A DNA stretch of 64,000 nt, from the NCBI GenBank assembly GCA_043810865.1, contig JBDRNS010000005.1, forward strand, positions 2,821-66,820. The letters are read 5' to 3'. Below, piece by piece: positions 31,497 through 41,457 of this stretch; within the stretch, counting starts at the first letter, position 1; every line of letters begins with the position of its first letter. The DNA is from an archaeon. Lineage in GTDB: Archaea; Nanobdellota; Nanobdellia; Pacearchaeales; GW2011-AR1. The position numbers and the translations under genes are program-made. Under the pieces are notes generated by a model, which saw only the letters and a list, made by a program, of their open reading frames with translations, was not told the DNA's origin and searched no databases.

Positions 31497-33176
31497 ATGA
31501 AAAAAGAGATTGCGAAGATTATCAAGAAATCTTTGGGAAGTTTTGTAAGTTTAGAAGATATTGAAAAAGTTATTGAAATTCCTCCTTCTAGTGATTTGGG
31601 AGATTATGCGTTTCCGTGCTTTTTTCTTGCAGGCAAATTTAAAAAAAATCCTAATGAAATTGCGCAGGAACTTTCTAACAGAATAAACAAAAAAAATTTT
31701 GACGGCGTTAAAGTTGTTAATGGTTATGTGAATTTCTTTATTGACAGAAATAAATTTACGAATAAAGTTATCTCCGATATCCTGGGGAAAAAGGATAATT
31801 TTGGTAAGATGAAGTCCGGAAAGAAAAAAGTTATGGTAGAATTTTCGCAGCCGAATACACACAAGGCATTTCATGTCGGACATATAAGGGGGACTTCGCT
31901 CGGAGAGAGTTTAGCGAGGATTTTTGAATTTCGGGGGAACAAGGTTTTGAGGGTAAACTACAGCGGAGATACGGGTATGCATGTTGCAAAATGGATTTGG
32001 TGCTACAAAAAATATCATTCAGGAGAAAAACTCAGAAATGAAGAGTCGTGGATTGCAGGAATTTATGCCGAGGCGGTGAGAAAAATAGGGGAGAATGAGG
32101 GGTTTAAAGAAGAAGTTGATGAAATAAACAGGAAACTTGAAAGCAAGAAAGACAAGAAATTAAATGAACTCTGGAAAAAGACAAGAAAACTTTCAATCAA
32201 TTCCTGGGAGGAAATTTACAAAGAGCTTAATACAAAATTTGACGTTCATTTTTTTGAAAGTGAAATGGAAAGAAGAGGGAAGGAAATTGCGCAGGAGCTT
32301 TTGAAAAAAAGAATCGCAGTGAAAAGCGACGGCGCTGTGATTATGGACTTGAAAAAATACAATCTTGGCGTCTGGGTTTTGCTTAGAAGCGACGGCACGG
32401 TTTTGTATTCTGTAAAGGATCTGGCTTTGGCAAAAATGAAAATTAAGAAATATAAGGCAGGAAAATATCTTGTTGTGGTTGGAGATGAGCAGAACCTGCA
32501 TTTTCAGCAACTGGTGAAGACATTGGAACTGATGAAATTATCCAAAAAAGAAATTTATGATTTCATAACTTACGGGATGATACGCCTGCCTACAGGAAAG
32601 ATGTCATCGCGAACAGGAGATAATATTCTTTATTCTGATTTCATGAAAGATATTACAAACTATACGAAGAGCGAAATCAAAAAGCGCGAGAAGAAAATAT
32701 CTGAAAAAGAACTTGAACAAAGAGCAAGAAAGATTTCGATTGCCGCGATAAAATATTCCATGCTTAAACAAAGTTCAAACAAGAACATAATTTTTGACAA
32801 AAAAGAGGCACTGAATTTTGAAGGTGATACAGGAGTTTATATTCTGTATAGTTATGTCCGTGCGGCAAGCATTTTGAGAAAAATAAAAAACAAAAAAAAG
32901 AAATCCTCAAGAATTACCGGAGAAAAAGAATTTGAACTCGCAAAAAAACTTTCGCAGCTCCCGGAAATTGTTTTTAATTCTTATAAAAATTTAAATCCTG
33001 CGCTGATGGCAAATTATTCTTACCAACTCTCGCAAATTTTCAATGAGTTTTATCATTCATGTCCTGTAAAAAATTCTGACAATGAATCTTTCAGAATCAA
33101 TCTTGTAAAGTCATTTGAAATTGTTTTAAGAAATTCCTTAAATCTTTTGGGAATTGAAATCTTGGAGAAAATGTAA
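31497..33176 (+). CDS. argS: arginine--tRNA ligase
   Basis: GDYAFPCF, EFSQPNTHKAFHVGHIRG, KMSSRTG, FEGDTG, FYHSCPV. Confidence 0.97.
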   Translation: MKKEIAKIIKKSLGSFVSLEDIEKVIEIPPSSDLGDYAFPCFFLAGKFKKNPNEIAQELSNRINKKNFDGVKVVNGYVNFFIDRNKFTNKVISDILGKKDNFGKMKSGKKKVMVEFSQPNTHKAFHVGHIRGTSLGESLARIFEFRGNKVLRVNYSGDTGMHVAKWIWCYKKYHSGEKLRNEESWIAGIYAEAVRKIGENEGFKEEVDEINRKLESKKDKKLNELWKKTRKLSINSWEEIYKELNTKFDVHFFESEMERRGKEIAQELLKKRIAVKSDGAVIMDLKKYNLGVWVLLRSDGTVLYSVKDLALAKMKIKKYKAGKYLVVVGDEQNLHFQQLVKTLELMKLSKKEIYDFITYGMIRLPTGKMSSRTGDNILYSDFMKDITNYTKSEIKKREKKISEKELEQRARKISIAAIKYSMLKQSSNKNIIFDKKEALNFEGDTGVYILYSYVRAASILRKIKNKKKKSSRITGEKEFELAKKLSQLPEIVFNSYKNLNPALMANYSYQLSQIFNEFYHSCPVKNSDNESFRINLVKSFEIVLRNSLNLLGIEILEKM

Positions 33177-33251
33177 AACAAAACTTATTTAAATGGTTTT
33201 TGTGTTGTATAAATGCCTTCTAAAAGGCATAGTGAAAGGAGGTGTTTAGTG

Positions 33252-33473
33252 ATGGCAAAAAGAAATGGCGGAAAAGTATTGAACCTTGTTGCATGGTTTA
33301 CAGGTGTTGTAGTTTCACTTGCAGTAGGATTCGGTCTTATTAATGGAACACTTATGTTACCAGGATGGCTTGGAGGAGCTACTCAAGGTGGAATGTGGTT
33401 GACAATGTTTGTCGGATGGGTGGTTGTTATAACAACACTGATCAGTGCAGTACTGGCAGTAATGAACCAATAA
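33252..33473 (+). CDS. small two-TM membrane protein
   Basis: SD AGGAGGTG at 33237-33244 before ATG 33252; two hydrophobic helices; T-rich tract downstream. Confidence 0.75.
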   Translation: MAKRNGGKVLNLVAWFTGVVVSLAVGFGLINGTLMLPGWLGGATQGGMWLTMFVGWVVVITTLISAVLAVMNQ

Positions 33474-33559
33474 AAATACCTTTTATTTTTACTAATTCTT
33501 TTTTATTTTATTTAAGATAAGTTGTTTAGAAATTTATCCTTTCTGATTGATTAAACATT

Positions 33560-33680
33560 TTGCGCTCACTTCGTTCACGATTAATAAGGGTATTAATTAA
33601 AAAATTACCTGTTTTGTGTTAACAATTAGATTATACGGGTGAAGCGAGACAAATTTAAATAAACTATATTGAACGAAATG
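33560..33680 (+). repeat. dispersed repeat element, copy G (short)
   Basis: left TTGCGCTCACTTCGTTCACGATT, right CGGGTGAAGCGAGACAAATTT. Confidence 0.75.
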
Positions 33681-33731
33681 TATTTATTAAACAAAATATT
33701 CTAAATAAATAAAATTTATGCAGAAGAATAA

Positions 33732-33974
33732 TCAAAAATTTTCATCAAGAAAATTAATTATGTCTTCTGATTCGCCGATGTATTTGTTTCCAACTTTTAG
33801 AACAGGAACTGTATGAACTCCTGAATTTTTGAAAAGTTCTTTTCTTATTTTTGCATCTCTTTCGTAAGGAACATTTATTTTTTCAAATTGCAATTCACGT
33901 TCTTTTAATTTCTGCCGAACTTTTTCACAAAAAGGGCACTGCTCGAATTGGAAGAGAGTTAGTTTTTGTTTCAT
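33732..33974 (-). CDS. glutaredoxin
   Basis: CPFC, TVPVL, ES.DI. Confidence 0.92.
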   Translation of the reverse strand: MKQKLTLFQFEQCPFCEKVRQKLKERELQFEKINVPYERDAKIRKELFKNSGVHTVPVLKVGNKYIGESEDIINFLDENF

Positions 33975-34059
33975 TGTTAATTAAGGGATAATTTAAATGA
34001 TTTTTAAGATATTATCTTTAACTTCATAAAGTTTTTAAGCATTTTGTGAATGAAAATAA

Positions 34060-34359
34060 ATGGGCGATACGGATTTGGGTGATTTTTCAGAGGGATTAAA
34101 AAGCATTCGCTATTTTATTTCTTTACAGGTGTGGACAGATAGAAATGAGTCCAGAATTAATGATGTAGTTCTTGCAGATAGTGATAGGAATGCAATTCAA
34201 CAATCTCTCTTTTATGTGAATGATTTGGCTTCAAGAGGGTATTTAAATTTAGCAACAAGAGTTTTGTATCAATTAAGAAGACCTAATGGTGAAGTATTCT
34301 ATGCAGATATTAATGCATGTCCAAGAAGTTTAGATTCTATTTCTGGCGGGGGCGGTTAG
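34060..34359 (+). CDS. hypothetical protein (orphan)
   Basis: 99-aa ATG ORF with TTTTTAAG upstream. Confidence 0.5.
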   Translation: MGDTDLGDFSEGLKSIRYFISLQVWTDRNESRINDVVLADSDRNAIQQSLFYVNDLASRGYLNLATRVLYQLRRPNGEVFYADINACPRSLDSISGGGG

Positions 34360-34367
34360 TGATGATT

Positions 34368-35174
34368 TCATTTCACGCTTTTCATTTCTTTCCATGCCAA
34401 ATCAAAAAGTTGCTCAAGTGCCTGTGCGAAGAATTCTGTGTTTATCCAGACGCCTGTGTCATAGTTTGGGTGGAATTTTTCATCGTCAAGAAGCATGAAC
34501 ATTATCTGGTTTGAATCAACTATCACAAAACGCGCTTTCATTTTGTCCATGTTTTTCATTTCGGCAACTTTCTTGAAATCGCGCGCGACTTTTACATTGT
34601 TGTTATCTATTGGTGCGGCAATTCTAATTTTTATTCCGCGTTTTTTGCATTTTTCCAAACTCGGCATAAGTGATTCCATTTTTCTGTTCAAACCCTCTTT
34701 TGTCGTAACAATTACTATTGATTTTTCCGCATTTCTAATCATCATGTCAATGTGGTTATACAAATTTTGCCTTCCTCTTAAGCCCCCTGACAAATCCGAG
34801 GGCTCGACAAATTTTATTCCCTGATGAAACAAAGTGTTTAGTTCTTCAATAACTTCGTCTCCTTTCAATGACTCAAGCCGTTTTGTTCTTTCCTGCGCGT
34901 CTTTTGCAAGATTTCTTTTTACTCTTTCAACAACCTCTTCTGGTTTGAGGGCCACGAACTTGATTGGCTTTCCGAGTTTCATCACAATGAAACCTTTCTT
35001 ATCCAAGCTTTCGAGGATATCATATGTTCGGCTTCTTGGAACATCAGAAATATTGCTTAATTCACCTGCTGTGCTTGTTCCTCTTGATAGCAATGCGGTC
35101 CAAACCTTTACTTCATAGAGATTTAAGTCAAAAATTTTCCTTAATCGGCTTAAAAATTCTTCCTTGACTATCAT
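34368..35174 (-). CDS. TrmB-family transcriptional regulator
   Basis: LNLYEVKVW, SDVPRSRTYDILESL wHTH; C-terminal PLD-like domain. Confidence 0.92.
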   Translation of the reverse strand: MIVKEEFLSRLRKIFDLNLYEVKVWTALLSRGTSTAGELSNISDVPRSRTYDILESLDKKGFIVMKLGKPIKFVALKPEEVVERVKRNLAKDAQERTKRLESLKGDEVIEELNTLFHQGIKFVEPSDLSGGLRGRQNLYNHIDMMIRNAEKSIVIVTTKEGLNRKMESLMPSLEKCKKRGIKIRIAAPIDNNNVKVARDFKKVAEMKNMDKMKARFVIVDSNQIMFMLLDDEKFHPNYDTGVWINTEFFAQALEQLFDLAWKEMKSVK

Positions 35175-35254
35175 TTTATTTGTTGAGTGTTTTTCCTTTT
35201 AAAGATTGTTATGATGCAAGAGTAAAGTGAAGGTATTACCTGTTGGTAGTTATT

Positions 35255-38074
35255 TTACCTGTTTATCACTATTTTTCCTCTTTTATCTTTCACTTTAAAG
35301 TCATTACTATTTTTAAACTTTTCTTCGCCGATTAGTTTATCGTCGGTTAAAAAACGAATTTCGCGGGAGTTTGTTCTCTTTTTTATGAAATTCTCAAACT
35401 TCCGGAGCATTTGTTTCGTTTCGTTATCTGTGATTATCAAAAGTTTTATAGTGTTTTCTTTGACTAATCCGAGTTTTTTTCTGAATTCCTGAATCTGCCT
35501 GCTTAATTCCCGAGCATAGCCCTCTGCTTCAAGTTCTGGCGTGATTTGAGTGTCAAGGTTAACCAAAATATGGCTTCCGCCAATTTTTATTTCTACTTCT
35601 TTAACATTCAATTGAGATTTAATCACTTCCCCAAAATATCCTAAGGATTTAGCAAATTCTTTATCAGGGGTTGAGATAATTATTTTCTTTAAAGGCCATC
35701 TTACATTAATCTTTTTTTCATCTCTTATCATTAAACCAGTGGAAATTACATCCATCAAAGTAATTGAGAAATATTTCTCTAACTTTTTATCAATTTTTTT
35801 CTTTTCAACTTTCGGCCATTTTGAAAGATGCACGGAGTTTTTTGAAAATTCCTGATAAATGTGCTCGGTTATATACGGCGCGAACGGAGCCAAAATCAGG
35901 GAAATTTTTTCCAGAACTTCACCAACAATTTTTTTATTGTCTTCCCTGTCACGCGTGAATTTTATGTAATTTCTTGAGAAATCATTTATTATAAAATTTT
36001 GCAATTCAAGAAATGCCTTGTCCAGAGCATAGTCATCAAGTTTTTCTGTGACTTCTTTTATTGTTGAGTTCAGTCGTGAGAGAATCCATTTGTCTTCAAT
36101 TTGAATCTTTAATTTTTTGTTTTCTTGTTGCCTGTAATAATTGTTGCAGTTATATAAAATCGTCAGGAACGGAATAACTGAATCCTTCATTAGATTGAAT
36201 GAGAATCTCTTTGAATCTCCAGGGCTGGTTGTGAAAAACTGCAGTCGTATTGCATCAACACCTGCTTTTTCAATCATCTCTTTTGGATTTATTATGTTGC
36301 CTTTTGATTTTGACATTTTCTCTCCTTTTTCGTCGACAACATGCCCTGCGCAAATCACGCTTTTGTAAGCGTTGCTGTTAAATAACAAGACACCGAGAAC
36401 GTGAAGAGTGTAAAACCAACCTCTTGTTTGGTCTATTGCTTCAGAAATATAACTATACGGGAAATGTTTTTCGAACAATTTTTTATTTTCAAAAGGATAG
36501 TGGAACTGCGCAAAGGAAGCTGAGCCGGAATCATACCAACAGTCAATTACATCCGGGACGCGCGCCATTTCTTTTTTGCATCTTGAACATTTTAATTTTA
36601 TTTTGTCAATCCATGGCTTGTGCAAATCCATTTCTTTTTCAGAGAATTTTTTTACAGATTTCTTTTTCAGTTCTTCAATGCTCCCGATGATTTCTTCGTT
36701 TCCGCAGGAACATTTCCAGACAGGGAGAGGTGTTCCCCAAAACTTGAATCTTGACAAAGCCCAGTCCTTTGCGCCTTCAATCCAGTTTCCGAATCTTCCT
36801 TCTTTGATGTGCTCGGGAACCCATTTTATTTTCCTGTTGAATTTTACAAGTTCATTTCTAAACTTGCTGACTTTTATGAACCATGAATTTATTGCGTAAT
36901 ACAACAAAGGTGTTGAACATCGCCAGCAGAAAGGATAAGAATGCGTGATTTTTTCTTTTTTGAAAAGCAGATTGCGGGATTTTAAGTCATCGATGATTTC
37001 TTTTTCAGCACTTTTTACGAATTTTCCGACGAACTTTGGAACAATATCAAGAAATTTTCCATCTTCGCCGACGGTATGAATTCTTGGAAGATTATACTTT
37101 ATTCCCAGATTATAATCATCTTCGCCGTACATCACGGCTGTGTGAACAATCCCTGTTCCTTCTTCTGTTGAAACAAAGTCGGCAGGAATTATTTTGTGCG
37201 AGTTTTCATTTTGCAATTCTTTGATGTCATACAACGGCTCATATTCCAAACCAACCAAATCCTTTCCTTTTAATTTTTCAATAATTTTTCCGTCTTTAAC
37301 CAAGTCCTTTTTTTCTTTTCCAATAATTATTTTATCTCCGCCAGGAAGTTTTACTTTTACATAATCAATATTTTTCCCGACAGCTAAAGCAACATTTCCG
37401 GGAAGAGTCCAGGGTGTTGTTGTCCATGCAAGTACATATTCATCTTTCTTATTTTTTAATCTGAAAGCCACATAAACAGAGTCCTCTTCAATATCTTTGT
37501 AGCCGAGCGCGACTTCGTGACTGCTTAACGGCGTTTGACAGCGAGGGCAGTATGGGACAACTTTGTGTCCTTCATATAAAAGTTTCTTTTTGTAAAGTTC
37601 TTTTAGGCTCCACCAGACGCTTTCGACGTATTCGCTGTCAAGAGTTACGTAAGGATTTTCCAAATCAACCCAATAGGAAATTTTTTTTGTAAACCAGTTC
37701 CATTCTTTAATGTATTCCCAGACGGACTCTTTTGCTTTTTGATTGAATTTTCCTATGCCATATGAGAGAATATCTTTTTTGTTCTTCAAACCTAGTTGTT
37801 TTTCAATTTGCACTTCAACAGGCAAACCGTGGCAATCCCAGCCGGCTTTTCTCGGCACTGAAAATCCCTGCATGTATTTGAATTTGCAAATAATATCCTT
37901 GAAAGTTCTTGCTTCCATGTGGTGCAATGCAGGCGGAGCGTTTGCCGTCGGCGGACCTTCAAGAAAAGAAAACAACGGTTTTTGGGAATCATATTGCATT
38001 GCTTTTTTTATTTCCTTCTCATGCTTTTTCCAGACGTTCTCTGACTGTTCTTCTACTTTTTTGAAGTCGTACAT
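35255..38074 (-). CDS. ileS: isoleucine--tRNA ligase
   Basis: EGPPTAN, GWDCHGLPVE, WTTTPWTLP, DQTRGWF, KMSKS. Confidence 0.97.
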   Translation of the reverse strand: MYDFKKVEEQSENVWKKHEKEIKKAMQYDSQKPLFSFLEGPPTANAPPALHHMEARTFKDIICKFKYMQGFSVPRKAGWDCHGLPVEVQIEKQLGLKNKKDILSYGIGKFNQKAKESVWEYIKEWNWFTKKISYWVDLENPYVTLDSEYVESVWWSLKELYKKKLLYEGHKVVPYCPRCQTPLSSHEVALGYKDIEEDSVYVAFRLKNKKDEYVLAWTTTPWTLPGNVALAVGKNIDYVKVKLPGGDKIIIGKEKKDLVKDGKIIEKLKGKDLVGLEYEPLYDIKELQNENSHKIIPADFVSTEEGTGIVHTAVMYGEDDYNLGIKYNLPRIHTVGEDGKFLDIVPKFVGKFVKSAEKEIIDDLKSRNLLFKKEKITHSYPFCWRCSTPLLYYAINSWFIKVSKFRNELVKFNRKIKWVPEHIKEGRFGNWIEGAKDWALSRFKFWGTPLPVWKCSCGNEEIIGSIEELKKKSVKKFSEKEMDLHKPWIDKIKLKCSRCKKEMARVPDVIDCWYDSGSASFAQFHYPFENKKLFEKHFPYSYISEAIDQTRGWFYTLHVLGVLLFNSNAYKSVICAGHVVDEKGEKMSKSKGNIINPKEMIEKAGVDAIRLQFFTTSPGDSKRFSFNLMKDSVIPFLTILYNCNNYYRQQENKKLKIQIEDKWILSRLNSTIKEVTEKLDDYALDKAFLELQNFIINDFSRNYIKFTRDREDNKKIVGEVLEKISLILAPFAPYITEHIYQEFSKNSVHLSKWPKVEKKKIDKKLEKYFSITLMDVISTGLMIRDEKKINVRWPLKKIIISTPDKEFAKSLGYFGEVIKSQLNVKEVEIKIGGSHILVNLDTQITPELEAEGYARELSRQIQEFRKKLGLVKENTIKLLIITDNETKQMLRKFENFIKKRTNSREIRFLTDDKLIGEEKFKNSNDFKVKDKRGKIVINR

Positions 38075-38148
38075 TTTATTATTTTGTGATTTTAATTAAT
38101 AAAACTTATGTTTCAATAAATTTATAAGCAACCTGTTTTTATGATAAC

Positions 38149-38403
38149 ATGAATTGGATAATTCTGCTTGGTTTTGCAGCAGCAATATGCACCACTATCT
38201 CGTTTCTGCCTCAGGTTATAAAAACAGTAAGAACAAAACATACAAAGGACTTGTCTCTTATTATGTATTCAGTTGTTGCAATAGGATTTGTTTTATGGCT
38301 TACTTATGGAATTATTATTTCTGATTTGCCGTTGATTCTTGCAAATACAATATCTCTTTTGCTAGCTTTAACAATTCTTGTTTTTAAAATCAGATATAAG
38401 TAA
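38149..38403 (+). CDS. SemiSWEET / PQ-loop transporter
   Basis: TTISFLPQVIK..TKDLS, WLTYG, P.ILAN. Confidence 0.92.
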   Translation: MNWIILLGFAAAICTTISFLPQVIKTVRTKHTKDLSLIMYSVVAIGFVLWLTYGIIISDLPLILANTISLLLALTILVFKIRYK

Positions 38404-38443
38404 ATATCAAAATCTTTAAAAAGCTGTAATTTTACGAATTATC

Positions 38444-38620
38444 ATGTGTGCCGGAAAACCTATGTCCATCGGGGGGAAAGCGCTTGAAAGCATGGCTACA
38501 GAAGGAAGAAGTGTGCACGGTTTTGGTGGAAAGAGCCATAATCACGGTTATAGTGATGGTTCTTATGAATTAGGTTCATATAAGGGCTCAACAAATTATT
38601 CTTCTGGCGGTTACGACTGA
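38444..38620 (+). CDS. 58-aa Gly/Ser/Tyr-rich peptide (not in ORF track)
   Basis: MCAGKPMSIGG...YSSGGYD*; TTTAAAAA ends 21 nt before ATG. Confidence 0.6.
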   Translation: MCAGKPMSIGGKALESMATEGRSVHGFGGKSHNHGYSDGSYELGSYKGSTNYSSGGYD

Positions 38621-39321
38621 TTTTTTAATTCTTTCAGAAATTCTTCCTCGGCAAAATGCAATTTTCCAGGAATTATAATGCAGAATGGTTTTTTGATTTC
38701 TTTTTCTTCAAGTTCTTTAATTTTGCTATAAAAAATTTCTGAATTTTCTGTTCCAAGTTGCGAGCATAAAATCAGTTTGTCAATTTTTATTTTATATTTT
38801 TCCAAAGCTTTTTTTAGTTTGATTAAAGCATCGTGAGTTTCAAGCCCTATGTCGACGAGAATTAATGTGTGGGCGTCTATTTCCAGATTATCTTTGATAA
38901 CTTCTGCGAAACTTTCCGCTTCGTGTTTCGGAATGCTTGTAATTTTTCCGAATTTGTAAATCTGCAAGCCGGTTTCTGCAACAGCGTCAAGAATTGATGC
39001 GTTGTGGATTATTTCATATTTTATTCCTTTTTTTCTTGCTTCATTCAGCAATGAAATATGTGTTGTGGCTGTTAGAGGAGAACCATAAACAAGCAATCCA
39101 ATATTTTCTTTTTCTGCATTTTCCAGGACATTAAAACTTTCAACCATTTCCCTGTCTGCAGGAATTATTTTTTTTCCGATGATTTTTTCCAGTTCTTCAA
39201 AGTTGTAAGGAAAATCGACTGTATAATTTTCAAGAAAAATCTTGCCGCATTTTTTCAGCGCTTCAATACCTGATTTTGAAATGCTGTTTAAATTCAAACC
39301 AAGTCCGATGAGGTGTAACAT
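38611..39321 (-). CDS. dph5: diphthine synthase
   Basis: LIGLGL, ENYT, GSPLTATTH, GLQIYKFGK, HTLILVDI, IIPGKLHFAE. Confidence 0.95.
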   Translation of the reverse strand: MLHLIGLGLNLNSISKSGIEALKKCGKIFLENYTVDFPYNFEELEKIIGKKIIPADREMVESFNVLENAEKENIGLLVYGSPLTATTHISLLNEARKKGIKYEIIHNASILDAVAETGLQIYKFGKITSIPKHEAESFAEVIKDNLEIDAHTLILVDIGLETHDALIKLKKALEKYKIKIDKLILCSQLGTENSEIFYSKIKELEEKEIKKPFCIIIPGKLHFAEEEFLKELKNQS

Positions 39322-39346
39322 AAGAAATAATCTGATTTGTTGTTTA

Positions 39347-39757
39347 TTAATTATGCGGAATGAGATGTTTTTTTATAGTGCCGTCAACTTCCTGCATGAT
39401 TTTGAATTCTTCTCTCATTATTTCTACGGGGGTTATTCTTTTATCTCCATTTTCACCATCAATTTCTTTAAGAATTAACTCAAGCTGTTTTCCATGACTT
39501 TGTTCGTCATAAGACTGATTTGTAACTAAATATCTTCCATTATCTTCTCTTACAGTGTAATCTCCTGCTTTTATTATTGCGAATTGTTTTAGTGTACTGA
39601 CATATTCTGTAGGCACTGTATATCCTTTAAGTATAGAAAGTCCGTCAAATCCCGGGAGATTCAAAACTTCCTGTGCAGAAACCGACGGCGCAACTGCAGC
39701 ATATCCTAATGCTCCTGCCAAGCCCTTAAGAAAATTTCTTCTTGATGTTGGTTTCAT
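39347..39757 (-). CDS. secreted hypothetical protein with Tat signal
   Basis: TSRRNFLKG, cleavage-like VSA/QE, DGENGDKRITPVE loop. Confidence 0.7.
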   Translation of the reverse strand: MKPTSRRNFLKGLAGALGYAAVAPSVSAQEVLNLPGFDGLSILKGYTVPTEYVSTLKQFAIIKAGDYTVREDNGRYLVTNQSYDEQSHGKQLELILKEIDGENGDKRITPVEIMREEFKIMQEVDGTIKKHLIPHN

Positions 39758-39911
39758 CAAATTTCTTGCGAAAAACAATTTTTAAATCTTTCTGTTTTGT
39801 TATTATTATAGAATTAATACAGATTAAGGATGTGTCTTTTTTGAGTGGAAAGAAACATATAAAAACTTTTCATCATTAAATTTTTGGTAATAATAAAGAG
39901 GTAGACAACCG

Positions 39912-39953
39912 ATGAAAAAGAAAGGAGCAAAGGGAAAGAAATCTAAGAAATAA
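39912..39953 (+). CDS. putative 13-aa Lys-rich micropeptide MKKKGAKGKKSKK
   Basis: TATAAAAA 39858, SD GAGGT 39898, T-rich tract after stop. Confidence 0.4.
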   Translation: MKKKGAKGKKSKK

Positions 39954-40023
39954 GTTAACTCTTTTTAATTTTATTTTTCTTTTTATTTTTCTTTTTATTT
40001 TTTAAGTTTTTGTTTTTTATAAA

Positions 40024-40283
40024 TTGCGTTCGCTTCGCTCACGAATTGATAATTTAATTTTAATAGAGAAAGATTTTTGAGTTGAGAGATTGAAATTAAT
40101 TTTTTGTTTTTAACTTTTAATTTTGTTCCCACCCGCCCACCCCTAAAAATAGTTAATAAAAAAGATTTTTTAGCATAGGGTTAGAATCCCAATAATTTGA
40201 TTAACTATCCAGAAGTTCTTTTTGTTAACATTAAGCCAATAAGCGAGCACGAAGTGCGAGCGAAGAAAGGTGGGTGGAGCGAA
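40024..40283 (+). repeat. dispersed repeat element, copy H (most complete; G4 core 40128-40143)
   Basis: TTGCGTTCGCTTCGCTCACGAATTGATAA, TTGTTCCCACCCGCCCACCCC, AAGATTTTTTAGC..TTAGAA, GCGAGCACGAAGTGCGAGCGAAG. Confidence 0.85.
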
Positions 40284-40293
40284 AGAAATGTTT

Positions 40294-40542
40294 TTATTTC
40301 TTTTTCTTAATTTTCAGACATCTGCTTGTTATGATTATTATGAACAGAAAAGTAAATAGGAGATAATCGTTCCTAAAAAATAAACTCGCAATTGCGCCGA
40401 GCAAACTTGCGAGAATTATTAACTTGAAGTATTTTTGTCCTTGCGCAAGTTCTTCTCTTGTGAATTTTGCGAGCAGATTTCCGATGGGTATTCCGAGAAT
40501 AAGAATGAAAATTCCGATTAAAAACTGAGTTAGTTGTTGCAT
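40294..40542 (-). CDS. small membrane protein
   Basis: three hydrophobic helices, T.EEL..G motif. Confidence 0.75.
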   Translation of the reverse strand: MQQLTQFLIGIFILILGIPIGNLLAKFTREELAQGQKYFKLIILASLLGAIASLFFRNDYLLFTFLFIIIITSRCLKIKKKK

Positions 40543-40610
40543 AAGATAAAATATGAAATCAGGTTTATAATATTTTTGAAATATATTTTGGAGTGAAGTA
40601 ATGGTTATAA

Positions 40611-41456
40611 ATGGAGAAATTATTTATTCTTATGATTAATGAAAGTGAAGAAGAGGTTGCTAAATCTGTTGTAACTGAATTATATAGGGAAGGTTTTATT
40701 CAAACTTTATATAATACTGAAAGTGAAAAACATCAGGGAGAGGGTTGGACTTTAAAGAGCGGAATTTGGAGTCCTTGGTTCTTGAATTTAAGACCCCTTG
40801 GAGATTCTCCTCAACTTGCAAATTATATTTCTTCTGCTATGAATAGGATGATTAGGGGAAATGTGCCGGGACTAACAAAGATGGTTGGAATTGAAATGGC
40901 GGGAGTTCCTTTGGTTGCGTCTATTGGTACTGTTACAGGTTATGGTTGTGAGTTTATTCCTTATGCTTATACAAGACCCTTTCCGGGAGGGGAAAAACCA
41001 AGAACTCCTGAGGAAGCTGTAGAAATTTTAAGTAGAATGGGGGCACCAAATTATAAATACGGACAAAAAGAATTAGTTGAAGGAAGTTTAAGGGAGGGAG
41101 ATGTTTTGTGTATAACAGATGATATGGTGACTAACTTTGGCAGCAAATTAATTGCAAGACACATTCTTGAACATGAAATTCAAAGAAGAGGAATATATTT
41201 AGAAAATGTAAAGATAGATGATGTTGCAGTTGTTTTAGACAGAGAACAAGGCGGAGCAGAAGAAGCTAAGAAATATGGAATGAGATTACACTCTTTAGTT
41301 AAATTTAAAACACAAGGTCTGGAGTATCTTGAAGAAGCGATGCATCCTGGAGAATTTGTTTTAATTGCAGATTATCAGCAAAATCCTGAAAGATATCAAA
41401 ATAGAGATATGCAGAAAGAAGTCCTGGAAATGGCTGCAAAAGTAAGAGGAAATTGA
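40611..41456 (+). CDS. pyrE: orotate phosphoribosyltransferase (divergent, with insertions)
   Basis: WTLKSGIWSP, ITDDMVTNFGSK PRPP loop, LDREQGG; adjacent pyrF. Confidence 0.85.
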   Translation: MEKLFILMINESEEEVAKSVVTELYREGFIQTLYNTESEKHQGEGWTLKSGIWSPWFLNLRPLGDSPQLANYISSAMNRMIRGNVPGLTKMVGIEMAGVPLVASIGTVTGYGCEFIPYAYTRPFPGGEKPRTPEEAVEILSRMGAPNYKYGQKELVEGSLREGDVLCITDDMVTNFGSKLIARHILEHEIQRRGIYLENVKIDDVAVVLDREQGGAEEAKKYGMRLHSLVKFKTQGLEYLEEAMHPGEFVLIADYQQNPERYQNRDMQKEVLEMAAKVRGN

Positions 41457-41457
41457 A

